From: Clostridiales bacterium | Lineage (GTDB): Bacteria; Bacillota; Clostridia; Lachnospirales; Lachnospiraceae | DNA: 64,000 nucleotides | Assembly (NCBI GenBank): GCA_019423795.1 | Contig: JAHZAT010000024.1 | Span: 336-64,335 of the forward strand | Reading direction: 5' to 3' | Part shown: positions 63,154 to 64,000 of the stretch, piece by piece | Numbering within the stretch: position 1 is the first letter of the stretch | Layout: every line of letters starts with the position of its first letter | Program-made: the position numbers and the translations under genes | The notes under the pieces: model-generated | Seen by the model: the letters and a program-made list of their open reading frames with translations, nothing else | What the model was told of the DNA's origin: nothing | Database searches by the model: none

Positions 63154-63912
63154 ATGAATATCCTACAAGAGATCTTTACAGATCATTATGAAGAAATTAA
63201 ATATACTCTTCATCCCAGACCTGCTGAGATGGAAAATATCGATAAGATAATCAACTGTGGTGATCCTTCTTTTGGTGGTGCCATGTATGGCTGTACCAAC
63301 TGTGGAAATCTCAAGTTTGTTCCTTTCCGTTGTCACAGTCGTTTCTGCCCTACCTGCGGTAATAAATATTCCATGGAACGCACTACCTCTATGTCCTTTA
63401 AGCTCATTAATGTCAGACACCGTCATTGCGTTTTTACCATTGATGCGTCCCTCCGTGATTTTTTCCTGCAGGATCGCTCTCTCCTTAACTGTCTCTTTCA
63501 TTCCGTCTCCAGTGTTGTCCTTCGTTTATTCTCTAAAATGAACAAACACAAAAACTTTACCCCTGGTTTTATCATGGTCCTGCATACTTTCGGCAGGGAT
63601 CTTAAATGGAATCCTCATATCCATTGTCTCATCTCTGAAGGCGGTTACAGTGATGATGCTTTCTGGCGTAATGTCTCTCATTTCAACTATACTTTCCTTC
63701 GCAATGCTTTCCGTAGTTTTAACCGGTGGCGTACTGCGATCCTTTCTTCTTTTGGCTATGATCCTCATATAAAGGAGGAACCCTACCATGAAAAAGAAGA
63801 TCAAAGAGCTACGCGAAAAATATATTTTAAATTCTCCAGAAGGTATGACATCCGAGAACATTCGCCATATGAGCGAGGAGGACCTGCTGGATATGGATTA
63901 TTTCCTAAATGA
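63154..63912 (+). pseudogene. IS91 family transposase, internally deleted
   Basis: Zinc-binding CxxC..CHSRFCPTCG, HCVFTI, LHTFGRDLKWNPHIH (HUH). It jumps from LRNAF to WRTAILSSFGYDP, with no recognisable catalytic Tyr region. Confidence 0.85.
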
Positions 63913-63961
63913 AGATGTGTTTGGTGATGATTTTGGTGAAGAAGGTTTTTATATTTTCTAA
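63788..63961 (+). CDS. Small acidic protein (57 aa) downstream of the IS91-like transposase
   Basis: AAGGAGG RBS; MKKKIKELREKYILNSPEGMTSENIRHMSEEDLLDMDYFLNEDVFGDDFGEEGFYIF*; below the ORF-track cutoff. Confidence 0.7.
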   Translation: MKKKIKELREKYILNSPEGMTSENIRHMSEEDLLDMDYFLNEDVFGDDFGEEGFYIF

Positions 63962-64000
63962 AACCATGATCATCTGTTTGCTCTGCCCACTTTTATGTGG

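Larger units (their letters stand above)
63063..64000 (+). mobile_element. Defective IS91-like (HUH rolling-circle) element, copy 2
   Basis: Left end has hairpins AAGTGTC-TTC-GACACTT and CCCCT..AGGGG, followed by a transposase remnant and a small acidic ORF. The right end is not defined in the window. Confidence 0.85.

Noticed and set aside
63154..63912. This IS91 transposase as the enzyme acting on the GTAG hairpin repeats
   Set aside because: It is defective, and I saw no sequence shared between its end and the repeats. The link is speculative.

Overview
AT-rich chromosomal window from a spore-forming Bacillota (Lachnospiraceae-like; Anaerostipes-like by inference). Nearly all genes are on the minus strand. 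The core, about 7.6-48.4 kb, is housekeeping: a Trp T-box-controlled ABC importer, nanE-rpiR-nagB, rnpB, dgt-dnaG-sigA-trmK-nif3, yicC-gmk-rpoZ-uppP, recU, RNA-modification genes, fabH, spoIVA, aroE-murE-dapF, der-plsY-gpsA, and rimM-trmD-rplS with an L19 leader. The flanks (0-7.6 kb and 48.4-64 kb) are accessory. They hold a type I hsdM, an ABC exporter, an OPT-PqqD-PepD operon, a U32-like protein, glgA, an AAA/PD-(D/E)XK gene, two defective direct-repeat copies of an IS91-like HUH element, and many internally deleted or chimeric gene remnants. The most notable signal is a non-coding repeat family of long imperfect hairpins: three stacked at 6837-7620, with related copies at 48.5, 53.5 and 55.6-55.9 kb. 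These hairpins have GTAG-containing junctions and a 13-14 nt end motif (TAAATTYTAAKTTG) that overlaps the stop codon of the neighbouring gene at six sites. All product calls come from motif recognition by eye; no searches were run.
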